Shown here: positions 47,583 to 56,913 of the stretch, in pieces
Numbering within the stretch: the first letter of the stretch is position 1
Layout of the letters: every line of letters begins with the position of its first letter
Assembly (NCBI GenBank): GCA_964474885.1
Contig: CAYYWO010000001.1
Span: forward strand, 82,619-146,618
DNA length: 64,000 nucleotides
From: Candidatus Hadarchaeota archaeon
GTDB taxonomy: Archaea; Hadarchaeota; Hadarchaeia; Hadarchaeales; JAWBSP01
Direction of reading: 5' to 3'
Made by a program: the position numbers and the translations under genes
The notes under the pieces: generated by a model
Database searches by the model: none
What the model was told of the DNA's origin: nothing
Seen by the model: the letters and a program-made list of their open reading frames with translations, nothing else

Positions 47583-49009
47583 ATCCTCCCCATCTCCTTC
47601 TCCTTAGCGAGGACTTTCTGTTTCACTTTGTCGGCCATTTGCTGGGCGAGGGGAGTCGGATACTCGCATGTCAGGCAGCCTAAGCAGAGTTCGTTCTTTC
47701 GCAGACCTGTTGCTTTCACGAGTCCGTCTATGGTCTGATAGCACACGGCATCTGCACCAATCATTCTCGCGATCTCATCCTCGTCCCTGTTGAATCCTAT
47801 GAGCTCGCTGAAAGTAGCCATGTCTATACCGTAGAAGCAGGGTGCTACGATTTTTGGGAAGGTGATAAAGAGGTAAACTTCCTTGGCTCCAGCTTCCCTT
47901 ATCTGTTTCACGACCTTCCTCGAGGTATCTCCCCTAACTATGCTATCGTCTATGACGGCGACTCTCTTGCCCCTTATCTGAGAGGAAACGTTTACCTTCC
48001 TCGAGATGATGAGCTCCCTCTGCCTGACGCTGGATATGAATGCCCTGTCAATGATGAACCTATGCCTGCGCACCGCTCTCTCCCAGGGGATGCCAGTCTC
48101 CTCGTGAAAGCCGTAGGCGGCATCGTCCCCTGTCTCCGGGATGGAGATGACGACATCAACCTTTCTGGCGATCTCCGAGTACTCTTTGGCGAGGTTTCTT
48201 CCGAGTTCTTCCCTTACTTTGTAGACCGGCTTTCCCCCGTCGAGGACGGAGTCCGGCCTAGCGAAGTAGGCGAACTCAAACGAGCACAGGGCCCTCCTGC
48301 CACTCTTCTTTATCTTGATCCTGTTGAGTTTGCCGTCTTCCCACGTCACGAGTTCCCCAGGCTGTATCTCTCCCTTGACAGGTATCCTGTTTATGTCAAG
48401 CCCAACGGTCTCCGAAGAGATAGCGTGAAGCTCCCCATCCCTCTCTCCCCAGCACAGGGGACGTATGCCCAAGGGGTCCCTAAAGGCGAAGAGTTCTCCC
48501 TCGGCCGAGAGCCCGACCACAGAGTATGCCCCCTCAAAGTTCTCCATGATGTCCTCAACGGAACCTTGGAGATCCTTTCCCCTTCGGAGCCCGGCCAGCA
48601 ACAACTTCACATCGCTACCCTGCACCTTGAACTCCTCCGAAAGCGCTCTAGTGTTCACGAGGTTCCCGTTGAAGGCGAGCGCCAGCCTGTCTAAGACGAA
48701 AGGCTGGGCTTCGCTCATGAGGATTTCCGGGTCGCTCTTCCCAGAGGTGGCATATCTGACGTGCCCAATGCCCAGGTTTCCCTTGAGCTTATCCGGCAGA
48801 CCTTGGGATAGGAAGCGGGAGACGGGAGGCACCAGCCCCAAGTCGCAGTAACGGTGCATGGTGTTCTGGGAAAGGGTGAGGATCCCGTGGGAGTGGTGCC
48901 CCCTGTGATTCTGGGCGATCAGACCCCAGTAGATGAACATAGAAACATCTTTTCCCTCTGGACTTGCTGCGAGGAAGACCCCACACTTGTCCCTTGCCAC
49001 GCAAACCAT
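47561..49009 (-). CDS. purF: Amidophosphoribosyltransferase
   Basis: 482 aa. N-terminal Ntn 'CGVFL', PRTase motif 'VAVIDDSIVRGDTS'. Confidence 0.9.
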   Translation of the reverse strand: MVCVARDKCGVFLAASPEGKDVSMFIYWGLIAQNHRGHHSHGILTLSQNTMHRYCDLGLVPPVSRFLSQGLPDKLKGNLGIGHVRYATSGKSDPEILMSEAQPFVLDRLALAFNGNLVNTRALSEEFKVQGSDVKLLLAGLRRGKDLQGSVEDIMENFEGAYSVVGLSAEGELFAFRDPLGIRPLCWGERDGELHAISSETVGLDINRIPVKGEIQPGELVTWEDGKLNRIKIKKSGRRALCSFEFAYFARPDSVLDGGKPVYKVREELGRNLAKEYSEIARKVDVVISIPETGDDAAYGFHEETGIPWERAVRRHRFIIDRAFISSVRQRELIISRKVNVSSQIRGKRVAVIDDSIVRGDTSRKVVKQIREAGAKEVYLFITFPKIVAPCFYGIDMATFSELIGFNRDEDEIARMIGADAVCYQTIDGLVKATGLRKNELCLGCLTCEYPTPLAQQMADKVKQKVLAKEKEMGRIYETFEA

Positions 49010-49040
49010 CCACTACCGATTTCTTAAAATTACCTGAAGG

Positions 49041-50564
49041 TCAGTGCCTGAAGTGCCGGATGCCCGTGAACACCATGGAGAGTCCCAGCCTGTCGGCGGC
49101 GGCTATGATCTCAGAATCCCTGATGGATCCCCCTGGCTGTATCACGGAGGTGACCCCCGCCTCGGCGGCCTTCTCAATGGCATCGGGGAACGGGAAGAAT
49201 GCATCGGAAGCGAGAACCGAGCCTTTAGCCCGGTCCCCTGCCTTTCTTATGGCGATCTCCGTGGCGTCCACTCTGCTCATCTGCCCGGCTCCAATTCCGA
49301 CTGCCTGGGAGTTTTTGGCCAGCACGATGGCGTTGGACTTGACGTGCTTCACTACCTTCCATCCGAAGATGAGATCCCCCCACTCCTCAGGGGTCGGGGA
49401 GCGCCGGGTGACGACCTTGGTTTCCCCAAGTAATTTTCTGTCGCGCTCCTGCACCAACAGGCCACCCGAGATCTGCCTGATCTCCCAGCCAAGATCTTGG
49501 ACACCGGATACCTGGACCACCCTCATGTTCGGCTTTTTTGATAGAATCTGCAGGGCATCGGCCTCATAGTCTGGAGCGACGACGGCTTCGATGAAAGTGG
49601 AGGTGATCTCGGTGGCCGTCTCCGCATCGACGGGTCGGTTGAGACCAACGATCCCCCCATAAGCGGACATGGGATCGCACTCTCTAGCCAGCCTGTAGGC
49701 TTGTGAGATTTTGGGGGCACTTGCAACCCCGCAGGGGTTGGTGTGCTTGATCACAGCGGCGGTGGGCTCCTCGAACTCGCAAACCAGTGACCAAGCTGCA
49801 TCCAGGTCCACCAGATTGTTGAATGATAGTTCCTTTCCCTGGAGCTTCTTGGCCGTGGCTAGACCCTCCCCCCAGCGGTAAAGGGCAGCGGCTTGGTGCG
49901 GGTTTTCACCATACCTCAGAGTTTGCTGTCTTTCCGCGATGAGGTGGAGGTGCTCGGGGAAGTCTCCTTCACCCATCTCTCTTGAAAGGTATTGCTCAAT
50001 GGCTGCGTCGTAGCTGGAAGTGAGGGAAAAAACCTCCCTCGCGAGTCTCATTCTGGTTTCTTCGCTGAGTTCTCCCCTCTCCTTGAGTTCTTTCAGCACC
50101 ACCGGGTACTGTTCTGGCCTGCTCACCACCGCTACCCACTTGAAGTTTTTTGCCGCTGCACGGAGGAGGGTGGGCCCTCCGATGTCTATTTGCTCAATCG
50201 CTTCCTCCAGTCCAGCCCCGCTTTGAACGGTTTCAACGAAGGGGTAAAGATTCACCACGAGCAGATCAATGGGTTCAACTCCAAGTTTCTTTAGGGTCTC
50301 TAGGTGCGTGGGATCGTCCCTCCGTGCCAAGATCGCGGCGTGGATGAGGGGATGCAGCGTTTTTACCCTTCCCCCAAGGATTTCAGGGAAGCCCGTTATT
50401 TCGCTGATATCCTTGACTTGAACGCCCTTCTCCCTGAGGAATTTTGCGGTCCCCCCCGTCGAGATTATCTCGACTCCTAATGACGACAGCTTCTTGGCGA
50501 ACTCCTCCAAGCCGGATTTGTCCGATACGCTGATCAGGGCCCTCTTGATTGGCATCTCTTCCAT
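49041..50564 (-). CDS. purH: Bifunctional AICAR transformylase / IMP cyclohydrolase
   Basis: 507 aa. MGS-like N-terminus 'KRALISVSDKSGLEEFAKKLSSLGVEIISTGGTAKFL...RVKTLHPLIHAAILARR', AICARFT C-domain. Confidence 0.9.
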   Translation of the reverse strand: MEEMPIKRALISVSDKSGLEEFAKKLSSLGVEIISTGGTAKFLREKGVQVKDISEITGFPEILGGRVKTLHPLIHAAILARRDDPTHLETLKKLGVEPIDLLVVNLYPFVETVQSGAGLEEAIEQIDIGGPTLLRAAAKNFKWVAVVSRPEQYPVVLKELKERGELSEETRMRLAREVFSLTSSYDAAIEQYLSREMGEGDFPEHLHLIAERQQTLRYGENPHQAAALYRWGEGLATAKKLQGKELSFNNLVDLDAAWSLVCEFEEPTAAVIKHTNPCGVASAPKISQAYRLARECDPMSAYGGIVGLNRPVDAETATEITSTFIEAVVAPDYEADALQILSKKPNMRVVQVSGVQDLGWEIRQISGGLLVQERDRKLLGETKVVTRRSPTPEEWGDLIFGWKVVKHVKSNAIVLAKNSQAVGIGAGQMSRVDATEIAIRKAGDRAKGSVLASDAFFPFPDAIEKAAEAGVTSVIQPGGSIRDSEIIAAADRLGLSMVFTGIRHFRH

Positions 50565-50929
50565 ACTCAGCGGAATTTAACCCTACGACGAGGAAGGCAG
50601 ACGGAAAAATGTGGCGAAAGGGAAAATGACCTTGAACTCTTTTAGGATGGCTGAGCGGGCGTACGGACTGTTTAAGGCAAGGCGACCAGTTGGTGATGTG
50701 GACGAGATGCTCAAGATGGTAGGGCTGGAACTCTAGGTGTTTGACTTTTGCCTGCTTACGTGGATGTGAATGCCATTGTGTACTTGGCTGATTTCTGATT
50801 TGTTCATGGGAAAAGAGCGATGTGGGGCGTTATGGACCGGAAACGGCTCGGCGTCACGGGCACGGAGACCCTCTCGGCGAATAAGGACTTTTGACCGCGA
50901 GCCATTGTCAGGAGTTTTGAGGGCTTTTA

Positions 50930-51214
50930 ATGTCAGTCACCCACCTTCAGACCAGAAAACTTGGGTTCAAAATGAAAAGAGCTCTTTTTGAGTCTCACCG
51001 TTTAAAAATGATGGAAAGGACAATGAGGAAGGTTCCGTTTATTGACTGCATATTTCGACTCTATCAGGTGGATCCTCAAAAGCGATCTCTCGGACTGGCA
51101 TTCTGTCAGAAGGAACTCAGGAGGTTGGGCGAGGTTTATAGACACCAGCTATTCATTCGCCTAACAAGCCGGAGGCTCTCAAGCCCGCCATCAAGAAGAA
51201 ACGAGGTAATCTGA
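50930..51214 (+). CDS. Small basic hypothetical ORF in the purH/purB divergent region
   Basis: 94-aa Arg/Lys-rich ORF. Coding status uncertain. Confidence 0.2.
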   Translation: MSVTHLQTRKLGFKMKRALFESHRLKMMERTMRKVPFIDCIFRLYQVDPQKRSLGLAFCQKELRRLGEVYRHQLFIRLTSRRLSSPPSRRNEVI

Positions 51215-51384
51215 CCGCCGACGTGAGTGAGGGATCGCAGGTTGGCTTAGTTCAGTCTCTGGTAGCCGATGGGCTCAAGCAGAGGCGAAAACTCTGCTGA
51301 ACCAACGTTTGGTCGTGGAGGCAAGCCTCCGCTGAAAAACCTGGAAGCTTAGACAGTGATAATAAACCCGGCGGGAGGGTTTTT

Positions 51385-52779
51385 ATGGAGGTCGATGTTT
51401 TTGATCACGGGACCTTTCTTTCGCCCTTTACTTGGAGGTACGGAAGCCGCGAGATGCGGGAGATTTTCTCCGAGATCACCAAGCGCAGGCTCTGGAGGAA
51501 AGTTTGGTTGGCCCTTGCCGAGGCGCAGGCTGAATGCGGACTCGTAACGCAGGAGGAGCTTGAGGAGATCAGGTCAGCTGTCGAAAGGGTTGACCTGACG
51601 AGGTCCCATGAAATTGAGAGGGAAGTGGGACACGATTTGGTTGCCGAGCTGCGGGCCTTCGCTGAGCAGTGCCCCAAGGCAGGAGGAAAGTTGCATGTGG
51701 GAGCTACCTCGATGGACATAGAGGATAATGCGGATGTGCTCAGGTTCAGGCAGGCTCTGGGTCTAATTCTCAAGAGGTTGAAGGGGTGCCTACAGATTTT
51801 GGCCCGACTTGTGCAGGAACACAAGGGCCTCGTTTGTATGGCATATACGCACCTGCAGCCTGCGGAGCCCACCACACTTGGTTACCGGTTCGCTCTGTAT
51901 GCCCAAGACTTAATGCTCGATGCCCAGTTGCTTCTGTACATCCGAGATCACTACCTGAAGGGTAAGGGGATGAAGGGGGCGGTCGGTACTTCGGCCAGCT
52001 TCAAGTGGATTGCTGACCCCGAGAAGCTGGAGAAGGAGGTGATGCGGAAGTTGGGTATCCAGGCTTACCCGATAGCTTCTCAGACCTACCCGAGGAAACT
52101 CGACTACCTCCTGTTAGCCTCCCTCGCGAGCCTGGCGCAGAGCCTGTACAAGTTTGCCTGCGACCTCCGGCACCTCCAACAGCTGGGGGAGGTCTCGGAG
52201 CCCTTCGGGGGGAGACAGATAGGGTCCTCCGCCATGCCCTTCAAGCGGAACCCCGTGCTTTCCGAGCGCATGTGTTCCCTCTGCAGATACGTGTCCGTTC
52301 TCCCCCAGGTGGGCTGGGAGAATGCGGCCCAGAGCGTCTTAGAGCGAACTCTAGATGATTCCGCAAACAGGAGGGTGATCATTCCAGAGGCCTTTTTGGC
52401 GGTGGACGAGTGCCTCCTTCTCCTGCACAAAGTCCTCTCAGGCTTGGGGATCAACAGGCAGAAAATAGCCGAGAACCTGCAAAAGTTCGGCCCTTTTGCC
52501 TCACTTGAGCCCCTGCTCTTGGAGCTGGTGAAGCGTGGTTACAACAGGCAGGAGATGCACGACAAACTCAGGGACATCTCCATAAGGGCTTGGGAGAGGG
52601 TAGACAAGGGGGAGCCCAACCCCCTTTTTGGGATGTTGCGGGAAGATGAGGTGATCGGAAAGCTGGAAAATCTCGGAGAAATCGTGAAAATCGAGAACTA
52701 TGTCGGGGATGCCGAGAAGAGATGTGAGAAGTGGCTGGAGCAAGAGCTCGAGCCTTTCCTGAAGCAAATCGAGGACTAG
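51385..52779 (+). CDS. purB: Adenylosuccinate lyase
   Basis: 464 aa. Fumarate-lyase signature 'GSSAMPFKRNP', PurB N-terminus 'VFDHGTFLSPFTWRYGS'. Confidence 0.9.
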   Translation: MEVDVFDHGTFLSPFTWRYGSREMREIFSEITKRRLWRKVWLALAEAQAECGLVTQEELEEIRSAVERVDLTRSHEIEREVGHDLVAELRAFAEQCPKAGGKLHVGATSMDIEDNADVLRFRQALGLILKRLKGCLQILARLVQEHKGLVCMAYTHLQPAEPTTLGYRFALYAQDLMLDAQLLLYIRDHYLKGKGMKGAVGTSASFKWIADPEKLEKEVMRKLGIQAYPIASQTYPRKLDYLLLASLASLAQSLYKFACDLRHLQQLGEVSEPFGGRQIGSSAMPFKRNPVLSERMCSLCRYVSVLPQVGWENAAQSVLERTLDDSANRRVIIPEAFLAVDECLLLLHKVLSGLGINRQKIAENLQKFGPFASLEPLLLELVKRGYNRQEMHDKLRDISIRAWERVDKGEPNPLFGMLREDEVIGKLENLGEIVKIENYVGDAEKRCEKWLEQELEPFLKQIED

Positions 52780-52780
52780 C

Positions 52781-53368
52781 ATGCAAAATCAGAGAGAGCG
52801 GATCAGGGCGAGGTACAAGGAGCTCAGGGCGAGGCTGAGCCCCCAGGAGATCAGCTCGAGGAGCGAGAGGGTTAGGAGGAACCTACTGCACCTACCCGAG
52901 TTCGAGAGGGCAAACTGTATCGGGATCTACCTCCCAAAACCCGGTAGCGGGGAGGTGGATACCTTTCCGCTTCTCGAGCTCGCGGAGGAGAAGAAGATTC
53001 TGGTACCCTGGGTGGATCCGGTTAGGGACAGGATCTTTTTCTCCGAGGTCTCAGGCCCCTCCGACTTGGAGCCAGGATTCTTTGGGATTCCCGAACCCAA
53101 GCCCCAGCGGAGGAAACCCGTCAAAGCGGAGGAGATGGACGTGGTGCTCGTGCCAGGGATATGTTTTGATCTAGAAGGGAGGAGGCTGGGTTTTGGAAGA
53201 GGATACTACGACAGGTTCTTGGCTGAGTACTACCAGTGGCCGGGCTCACTTGCAATCGGGGTGGCATACGAGTTTCAGGTGCTGGAAAAGCTCCCGGAAG
53301 GATCCAGTGACCAGAGGGTTAGCATTTTGGTTACAGATGAGTGCATTAGGTATGTCGCAAATCGATAG
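52781..53368 (+). CDS. 5-formyltetrahydrofolate cyclo-ligase
   Basis: 195 aa. 'VDVVLVPGICFDLEGRRLGFGRGYYDRFL' canonical 5-FCL motif. Starts 2 nt after the purB stop. Confidence 0.85.
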   Translation: MQNQRERIRARYKELRARLSPQEISSRSERVRRNLLHLPEFERANCIGIYLPKPGSGEVDTFPLLELAEEKKILVPWVDPVRDRIFFSEVSGPSDLEPGFFGIPEPKPQRRKPVKAEEMDVVLVPGICFDLEGRRLGFGRGYYDRFLAEYYQWPGSLAIGVAYEFQVLEKLPEGSSDQRVSILVTDECIRYVANR

Positions 53369-54347
53369 GCATCAAATGAAAGAGAAGATCTTGGCGTTCC
53401 CAGACATGCTCGAGAAGGCATTGAAGGATCCCGCCCCCTCCTTACCGTCTGCATCCAGTGTTGTAGTGGCGGGTATGGGAGGATCAGCGATCGTGGGAGA
53501 TGTGCTCAGGGATTGGCTTGAGCCTCCCTTCAAGATGGAGGTCTGCAGGGGATATCACCTGCCTTCCTGGGTTTCTCCGAGTACCCTGGTTGTGCTGATC
53601 AGCTACTCTGGCATGACGGAGGAGACGCTGAGTTGCGCTCGAGAGGCACTCAGGCAGGGGGCAAAGATAGTAGGGATATCCTCTGGTGGGGAGCTGCCCA
53701 AGCTCTTGCTGGATCACCCCTGTCTGACAGTTCCATCGGGCTTTCCTCCTAGAGCCGCTTTCCCCTACCTCTTCGGCTCGGCCGTTAGGGTGCTTCAGGG
53801 TGCTGGACTCCTCCCAAAAGAGAAGATGACCGAGATACAGGAGGCTCTCACGGTGTTGCGCGGTTTGAGGCAGAGCTGGGATGAGATGGCAAACATTGCG
53901 GGGGGCATGCTGGATAAGATGGTCTTCATTTATGCACCTCCCGGTTTTGAGTCCGCAGCCCTGAGATGTAAGACCCAGCTCAACGAGAATAGCAAGGTGT
54001 CTGCTAAGGTCGAGAGTTTTCCCGAGCTTTGTCACAACGAGATAGTCGGGCTGAGGTCAGTCCCAAACAACGTCTGCTTTGTTTTTCTCCGAGACGGGCT
54101 GGAGGAGAAAAGGATCAAGGTGAGAATCGAATTCACAAAGAGGTTGGTGAGTGGCAGGAAGGTGATGGAACTCTGGTCCAAAGGGGAAGGAAAGCTGGCG
54201 AGGTTACTTTCTCTCATCTTTCAGGGGGACATGATTTCTTATCACTTGGCAATCCTGCGTGGTGTGGATCCGACGCCTGTGGATGAGATTACAGAGCTGA
54301 AACGCATCCTAGCCGAAACTCCTGATGGAGATCCAGCAGATAACTGA
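53337..54347 (+). CDS. SIS-domain bifunctional phosphoglucose/phosphomannose isomerase
   Basis: SIS motif 'VVVAGMGGSAIVGDVL', second SIS-like region 'VLISYSGMTEETL'. In-frame ATGs at 53337 and 53352. The ORF-track start at 53193 runs through the 5-FCL gene and is rejected. Confidence 0.7.
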   Translation: MSALGMSQIDRHQMKEKILAFPDMLEKALKDPAPSLPSASSVVVAGMGGSAIVGDVLRDWLEPPFKMEVCRGYHLPSWVSPSTLVVLISYSGMTEETLSCAREALRQGAKIVGISSGGELPKLLLDHPCLTVPSGFPPRAAFPYLFGSAVRVLQGAGLLPKEKMTEIQEALTVLRGLRQSWDEMANIAGGMLDKMVFIYAPPGFESAALRCKTQLNENSKVSAKVESFPELCHNEIVGLRSVPNNVCFVFLRDGLEEKRIKVRIEFTKRLVSGRKVMELWSKGEGKLARLLSLIFQGDMISYHLAILRGVDPTPVDEITELKRILAETPDGDPADN

Positions 54348-55476
54348 AGGAGAAGTAAAGCTGTATGTACCTTCCCTGACCTCCTATCAGACTCCAACCG
54401 GTGACTACGCACCCTCTCTGGCACCAGTTTTCTATAATCCTCACATGGAGCTCAGCAGAGATCTTTCGATCCTGGCCATTCAGGTTTACGCGGGGAAATA
54501 CCCCCAGCTGAAGATATGTGATCCGTTGGCGGGAGTCGGGGTTAGGGGGATCAGGTATGCTAAGGAGGTCAAAGGGGTCTCGCAGGTTGTGCTCAATGAC
54601 AGGTCTTCAATAGCTCTGGACTTCATAAAGAAAAATGTCGAGCTGAACGCCTTGACTAATGTGAGAGTAGAAAACCTAGATGCCAACGTTTTGCTTTCAG
54701 CCGAGCGCTTTGATGTCATAGATTTGGATCCATTCGGCTCCCCCGCACCCTTTATTGACTCCATTTGCAGGGGGTTGAGACCCAAAGGGCTTTTGCTCGT
54801 CACAGCGACGGACACCGCGCCCTTGGCTGGAAGGGGAGAGAGAGCCTGTTTCAGAAAATATGCAGCCAGGCCTCTCAGAACCGAATACAGCAAGGAAAAC
54901 GGCATAAGAATCCTGATAGGTTTCATCGTGAGGGAGGCCGCTAGATTCTCGCTGGCTCTTGAACCAGTGTTCGCGCACGCCACCCGCCACTATTTTAGAG
55001 TTTTTCTTTCCGGGATCCGCAGACGCGGGGAGACGGATAGAGTTTTGAGGGAGATAGGTTGGATATTGCACTGCTTCAGTTGCGGGAGAAGGAAAGTGCT
55101 CCGCGGCATTGTACCTGGGGCTGAGAGGTGTGAGTGCGGGGCCAAGCCTTCTCTGTCCGGCCCTCTTTGGGTGGGCCCCCTCTGGAAGAAGCAACTGGTG
55201 GATGAGATGATGCTGGAGCTGGGGAGAAAGAACTACAGACTCAAGACTGAGGAAATGAAACTGTTGAGGCTCATATCCTCCGAGTGTGAGGGTCCAGCGA
55301 CTTTTTATAGTTTGCATAAACTGTGCAGCCTTATCAGGGCTTCCCCACCCAGAATGGAGCGCATCCTGAAGGTGCTCAGATCTATGGGATTTTTTGCCTC
55401 CAAAACTCACTTTGCTCCCGATGGCATACGGACGGACGCACCAGTGGAAGAGATCTTAAAGATAATAAAAACTTAG
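54325..55476 (+). CDS. trm1: tRNA (guanine26-N2)-dimethyltransferase
   Basis: 383 aa. 'PVFYNPHMELSRDLSI', 'DPLAGVGVRGIRYA', 'DLDPFGSPAPFIDS', C-terminal zinc-binding Cys cluster 'CFSCGRRK...CECG'. Confidence 0.9.
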   Translation: MEIQQITEGEVKLYVPSLTSYQTPTGDYAPSLAPVFYNPHMELSRDLSILAIQVYAGKYPQLKICDPLAGVGVRGIRYAKEVKGVSQVVLNDRSSIALDFIKKNVELNALTNVRVENLDANVLLSAERFDVIDLDPFGSPAPFIDSICRGLRPKGLLLVTATDTAPLAGRGERACFRKYAARPLRTEYSKENGIRILIGFIVREAARFSLALEPVFAHATRHYFRVFLSGIRRRGETDRVLREIGWILHCFSCGRRKVLRGIVPGAERCECGAKPSLSGPLWVGPLWKKQLVDEMMLELGRKNYRLKTEEMKLLRLISSECEGPATFYSLHKLCSLIRASPPRMERILKVLRSMGFFASKTHFAPDGIRTDAPVEEILKIIKT

Positions 55477-56060
55477 GGCATAAACCCCCTCCCTATCAAG
55501 TATATCTCAGCGCTCCCCTTTCTCGACGCTTTTGGTTTGGTCGCTTTTGAAAATTCGAAATGCTGGTCAAATTCTCGCTTGAATTCTAGGAACTTCTCCC
55601 CCTGAAAGATCTTGAGAAGCGCGCATCCCCCTTCTCTCAACACGCGCTTACAGATCTTCAGGGCCGCTTGGCAGAGCTCGACTGATTTGAGGTGATCAAC
55701 ATCCCAGACCCCGGATATGCGGGGGGAGGCGTCAGATAACACAACGTCTGCTTTCCGTGGGAGGTGGGACAGGATGAGATCAGGAGTGTTCGGGTCAAGC
55801 AAATCCGCCTTAATCGAGAGCAGATTGTATTTGGGAAACCTCCTTATTGGCAACACATCCACACCCAGGACAAGTCCAGTCTCCCCGACTACTTGTCCCG
55901 CGACCTGCATCCATCCTCCGGGTGCTGCACCCAGGTCCACCACTACGTCTCCCTTCTTCATTAGCCGGTACCTCTTATTGATCTCCAAGAGCTTGAAGGC
56001 AGCCCTACTCCTGTAGCCCAGCTCTCTTGCCATACGTCTGAACCCATCAGCCTTCTGCAA
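55473..56060 (-). CDS. rlmE: 23S rRNA (uridine-2'-O)-methyltransferase RlmE/FtsJ
   Basis: 195 aa. 'YRSRAAFKLLEIN', 'VVDLGAAPGGWMQVA', 'VVLSDASP', K-D-K-E catalytic pattern. Confidence 0.9.
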   Translation of the reverse strand: MQKADGFRRMARELGYRSRAAFKLLEINKRYRLMKKGDVVVDLGAAPGGWMQVAGQVVGETGLVLGVDVLPIRRFPKYNLLSIKADLLDPNTPDLILSHLPRKADVVLSDASPRISGVWDVDHLKSVELCQAALKICKRVLREGGCALLKIFQGEKFLEFKREFDQHFEFSKATKPKASRKGSAEIYLIGRGFMP

Positions 56061-56475
56061 TTTTCCACTCCTTTCCCCTTAGCCCGATCGTTTTCATTCC
56101 CCGATGGACCTCCCGCATTAGGAGGCTGGGGTCGGATGAAAAGAATAGGTGACTTTTGCACTTACAGTCGCTGCAGCCAAAGCGCTCTATGTAGGGGAGC
56201 TTTTTGGAGAGTTCCTCCGCTAGCTGGCATTCTTTCCGTTCTTGAGTCTCAACAACTATGATGTCATACGGAACGGCACGTAGCAAAAGGTAGTCTATAT
56301 GCCAGTAGAGCTTCTTTTCCCTCTTCAGGTGCCTTCTTACCCTTTGCTCGATTCCCCCCATTGCGGATCCGACATAGGCATAGAATCCGCGCTTGAAGTG
56401 CACCTCCCCTAATCCACCTATAGGGATCGAGAGGTCGAAAGGTACCCTCAGGAATAGCACATAAATTCCCTTCAT
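56047..56475 (-). CDS. DUF123 / GIY-YIG-like domain protein
   Basis: 142 aa. 'KGIYVLFLRVP...GFYAYVGSAMGGIEQRVRRHL...LYWHIDYLL' typical of the archaeal DUF123 (GIY-YIG-related) family. Confidence 0.65.
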   Translation of the reverse strand: MKGIYVLFLRVPFDLSIPIGGLGEVHFKRGFYAYVGSAMGGIEQRVRRHLKREKKLYWHIDYLLLRAVPYDIIVVETQERKECQLAEELSKKLPYIERFGCSDCKCKSHLFFSSDPSLLMREVHRGMKTIGLRGKEWKIAEG

Positions 56476-56762
56476 GGGCTAAGCGAATCCCTGTACCTGC
56501 TCTCATCTCTCTCCACCCAGAACTCGTGTCCGGAATAAAGTATCTCCACCTCTAAGGTTGCCAGCTTCTCTAGGCTTTCGAAGAGCGCTTTATCACCACC
56601 TCCCGGGAGATCCGTCTTTCCAACACCGCCACAGAAAAGGTCTCTTGAGAAGAGCGTTTTAAGTTTGGACTCGTAGAGACAGAAGCTCCCCTTAGTATAG
56701 CCCGGCGTATGGACAACATGGGAAGTTAAATCTCCCATTTTTACCTCCTCGCCGTCCCTCAA
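56472..56762 (-). pseudogene. Remnant of a metallo-beta-lactamase-fold hydrolase (C-terminal about 90 aa only)
   Basis: 'HTPGYTKGSFCLY...LFCGGVGKTDLPGGGDKALFESLEKL...LYSGHE' is the C-terminal half of an MBL-fold protein. An in-frame TGA lies immediately upstream. Only 150 nt separate it from the tfb stop, so the HxHxDH half is absent. Begins with TTG. Confidence 0.55.
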
Positions 56763-56913
56763 CTCTCATTTCAACCCTGTCATCCTCTTTCGCCTGAACA
56801 TCTTCGCGCAGGAGATCCCATCATTACCCTTCTCCAGGACATCTCTTCCAGTTTGGAGAAGCCCTCTCAGCTATCTCTATACTTTTGGCATCTTCAATTT
56901 AACGGCTAAGAGA

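Noticed and set aside
51240-51384. ZTP (pfl) riboswitch upstream of purB
   Set aside because: Only a weak resemblance ('GGTCGTGG') to the pfl 5' consensus, with no recognisable pseudoknot partner. Insufficient to call.
53193-53336. Upstream 48-codon extension of the pgi/pmi ORF
   Set aside because: Overlaps the C-terminal part of the 5-FCL gene in another frame. The SIS-protein homology starts near 'MSQIDRHQMKEKIL'.
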